Source of the DNA: a cyanobacterium endosymbiont of Braarudosphaera bigelowii
GTDB taxonomy: Bacteria > Cyanobacteriota > Cyanobacteriia > Cyanobacteriales > Microcystaceae
Length of the DNA: 32,000 nucleotides
NCBI RefSeq assembly: GCF_020885515.1
Contig: NZ_AP024987.1
Span: 960,001 to 992,000 of the forward strand
Direction: 5' to 3'
Below, in pieces: positions 31,202 through 32,000 of the stretch; position 1 is the first letter of the stretch; each line of letters opens with the position of its first letter. The notes under the pieces were generated by a model, which was not told where the DNA came from, made no database searches, and saw only the letters and a program-made list of their open reading frames with translations. The position numbers were made by a program, and so were the translations under genes.

Positions 31202-31933
31202 ATGAAAAATCAATTACCAATATTTGAAAAAATTTGGGAACAGAAATTAAATTGGAAGCCGACAAAAGAACAATTGGATCAGTGGGAAAAACTGTACCAG
31301 GAAATAATATTAATTAATGATAAAGTTAACCTAACCCGTATCGTACAACCTGAAGAATTCTGGGAAAAGCATCTTTGGGATTCTGTTACAGGAATTATTG
31401 GATTACAATTTTTTCAATATTCAAAAAAGATAAAAGTTATTGATATTGGTACAGGAGGTGGCTTTCCTGGGCTTCCTATTAATATCATTTTTCCAACATG
31501 GAATTTTACTTTTCTCGACTCTAGGCGAAAAAAAATAGAAGTTGTAAATTTTTTACTAAAGACATTAGGATTAAAAGACTCTTGGGCATTGACTGGTAGA
31601 GCAGAAAATATTGCTCATAATTCCGATTTTAGGGAAAAATATGATGTAGCTTTGATTCGTGCTGTAGGAAAATCTTCTACTTGTATTGAGTACATTCTAC
31701 CATTTTTAACTATAGGGGGAATAGGAGTACTATATCGTGGCAACTGGGATATACAAGAGGAGTTGTCATTAAAGGTTACCTTAAAAAAGTTAGGAGGTAA
31801 ACTAATTTCAGTTAAAGAATTAAAGACTCCTTTGACTGATAGTATTCGTAACTTCGTCTATATACAAAAAATTCAGCCAACTTCTAAGAATTTTCCACGT
31901 GATATTGGTATACCTAAACGTAATCCTTTATAG
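31202..31933 (+). CDS. rsmG: 16S rRNA (guanine527-N7)-methyltransferase RsmG (GidB)
   Basis: NLTRIVQPEEFWEKHLWDS plus the SAM-binding DIGTGGGFPGLP motif. I chose the ATG at 31202 over the listed TTG at 31169. Confidence 0.9.
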   Translation: MKNQLPIFEKIWEQKLNWKPTKEQLDQWEKLYQEIILINDKVNLTRIVQPEEFWEKHLWDSVTGIIGLQFFQYSKKIKVIDIGTGGGFPGLPINIIFPTWNFTFLDSRRKKIEVVNFLLKTLGLKDSWALTGRAENIAHNSDFREKYDVALIRAVGKSSTCIEYILPFLTIGGIGVLYRGNWDIQEELSLKVTLKKLGGKLISVKELKTPLTDSIRNFVYIQKIQPTSKNFPRDIGIPKRNPL

Positions 31934-32000
31934 TTTCTAGTGAGTAATTTTAACTTGATTAATAAAAACTCTTTATAATAAATAAATGTTTTAGTAACAA

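Overview
This window is an AT-rich, mostly housekeeping stretch of a cyanobacterial chromosome. I found no evidence of a novel multi-gene system, defence island, CRISPR array, tRNA/rRNA gene or intact mobile element.

Recognisable genes:
- Chlorophyll, PSI cofactors and electron transfer: chlB (DPOR subunit B), gun4, menA and menF (phylloquinone), and petH (FNR).
- Respiration: ctaA and ctaB (heme A and heme O synthases).
- Core functions: der (5' truncated by the window edge), ylqF/rbgA, recJ, argS, tpiA, folP, rsmG, a CbiX-type chelatase and a BioD-like ATPase.
- Envelope: a GT2 glycosyltransferase, csaB and an O-antigen-ligase-family protein.
- Others: a probable glucosylglycerol-phosphate phosphatase (stpA), a class-A beta-lactamase-like serine hydrolase, DUF4330 and DUF3148 proteins, and one unassigned membrane protein.

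The unusual signals all look like genome reduction:
- petH encodes only the short FNR, without the CpcD phycobilisome-linker domain.
- An M48 metallopeptidase gene is clearly a pseudogene, with frameshifts, in-frame stops and a broken HEXXH motif.
- Several 0.5-1.4 kb tracts have no ORFs.

Smaller observations:
- A perfect 31-bp inverted repeat forms a terminator-like hairpin whose 5' arm is the last codons of the ligase-family gene.
- An orphan minus-strand terminator sits in ORF-free DNA.
- Perfect AT-rich hairpins without U-tracts follow several stop codons.

The lineage guess, a UCYN-A-like reduced unicellular cyanobacterium, is inference only. No searches were run, and all homology calls rest on motifs I recognised by eye.
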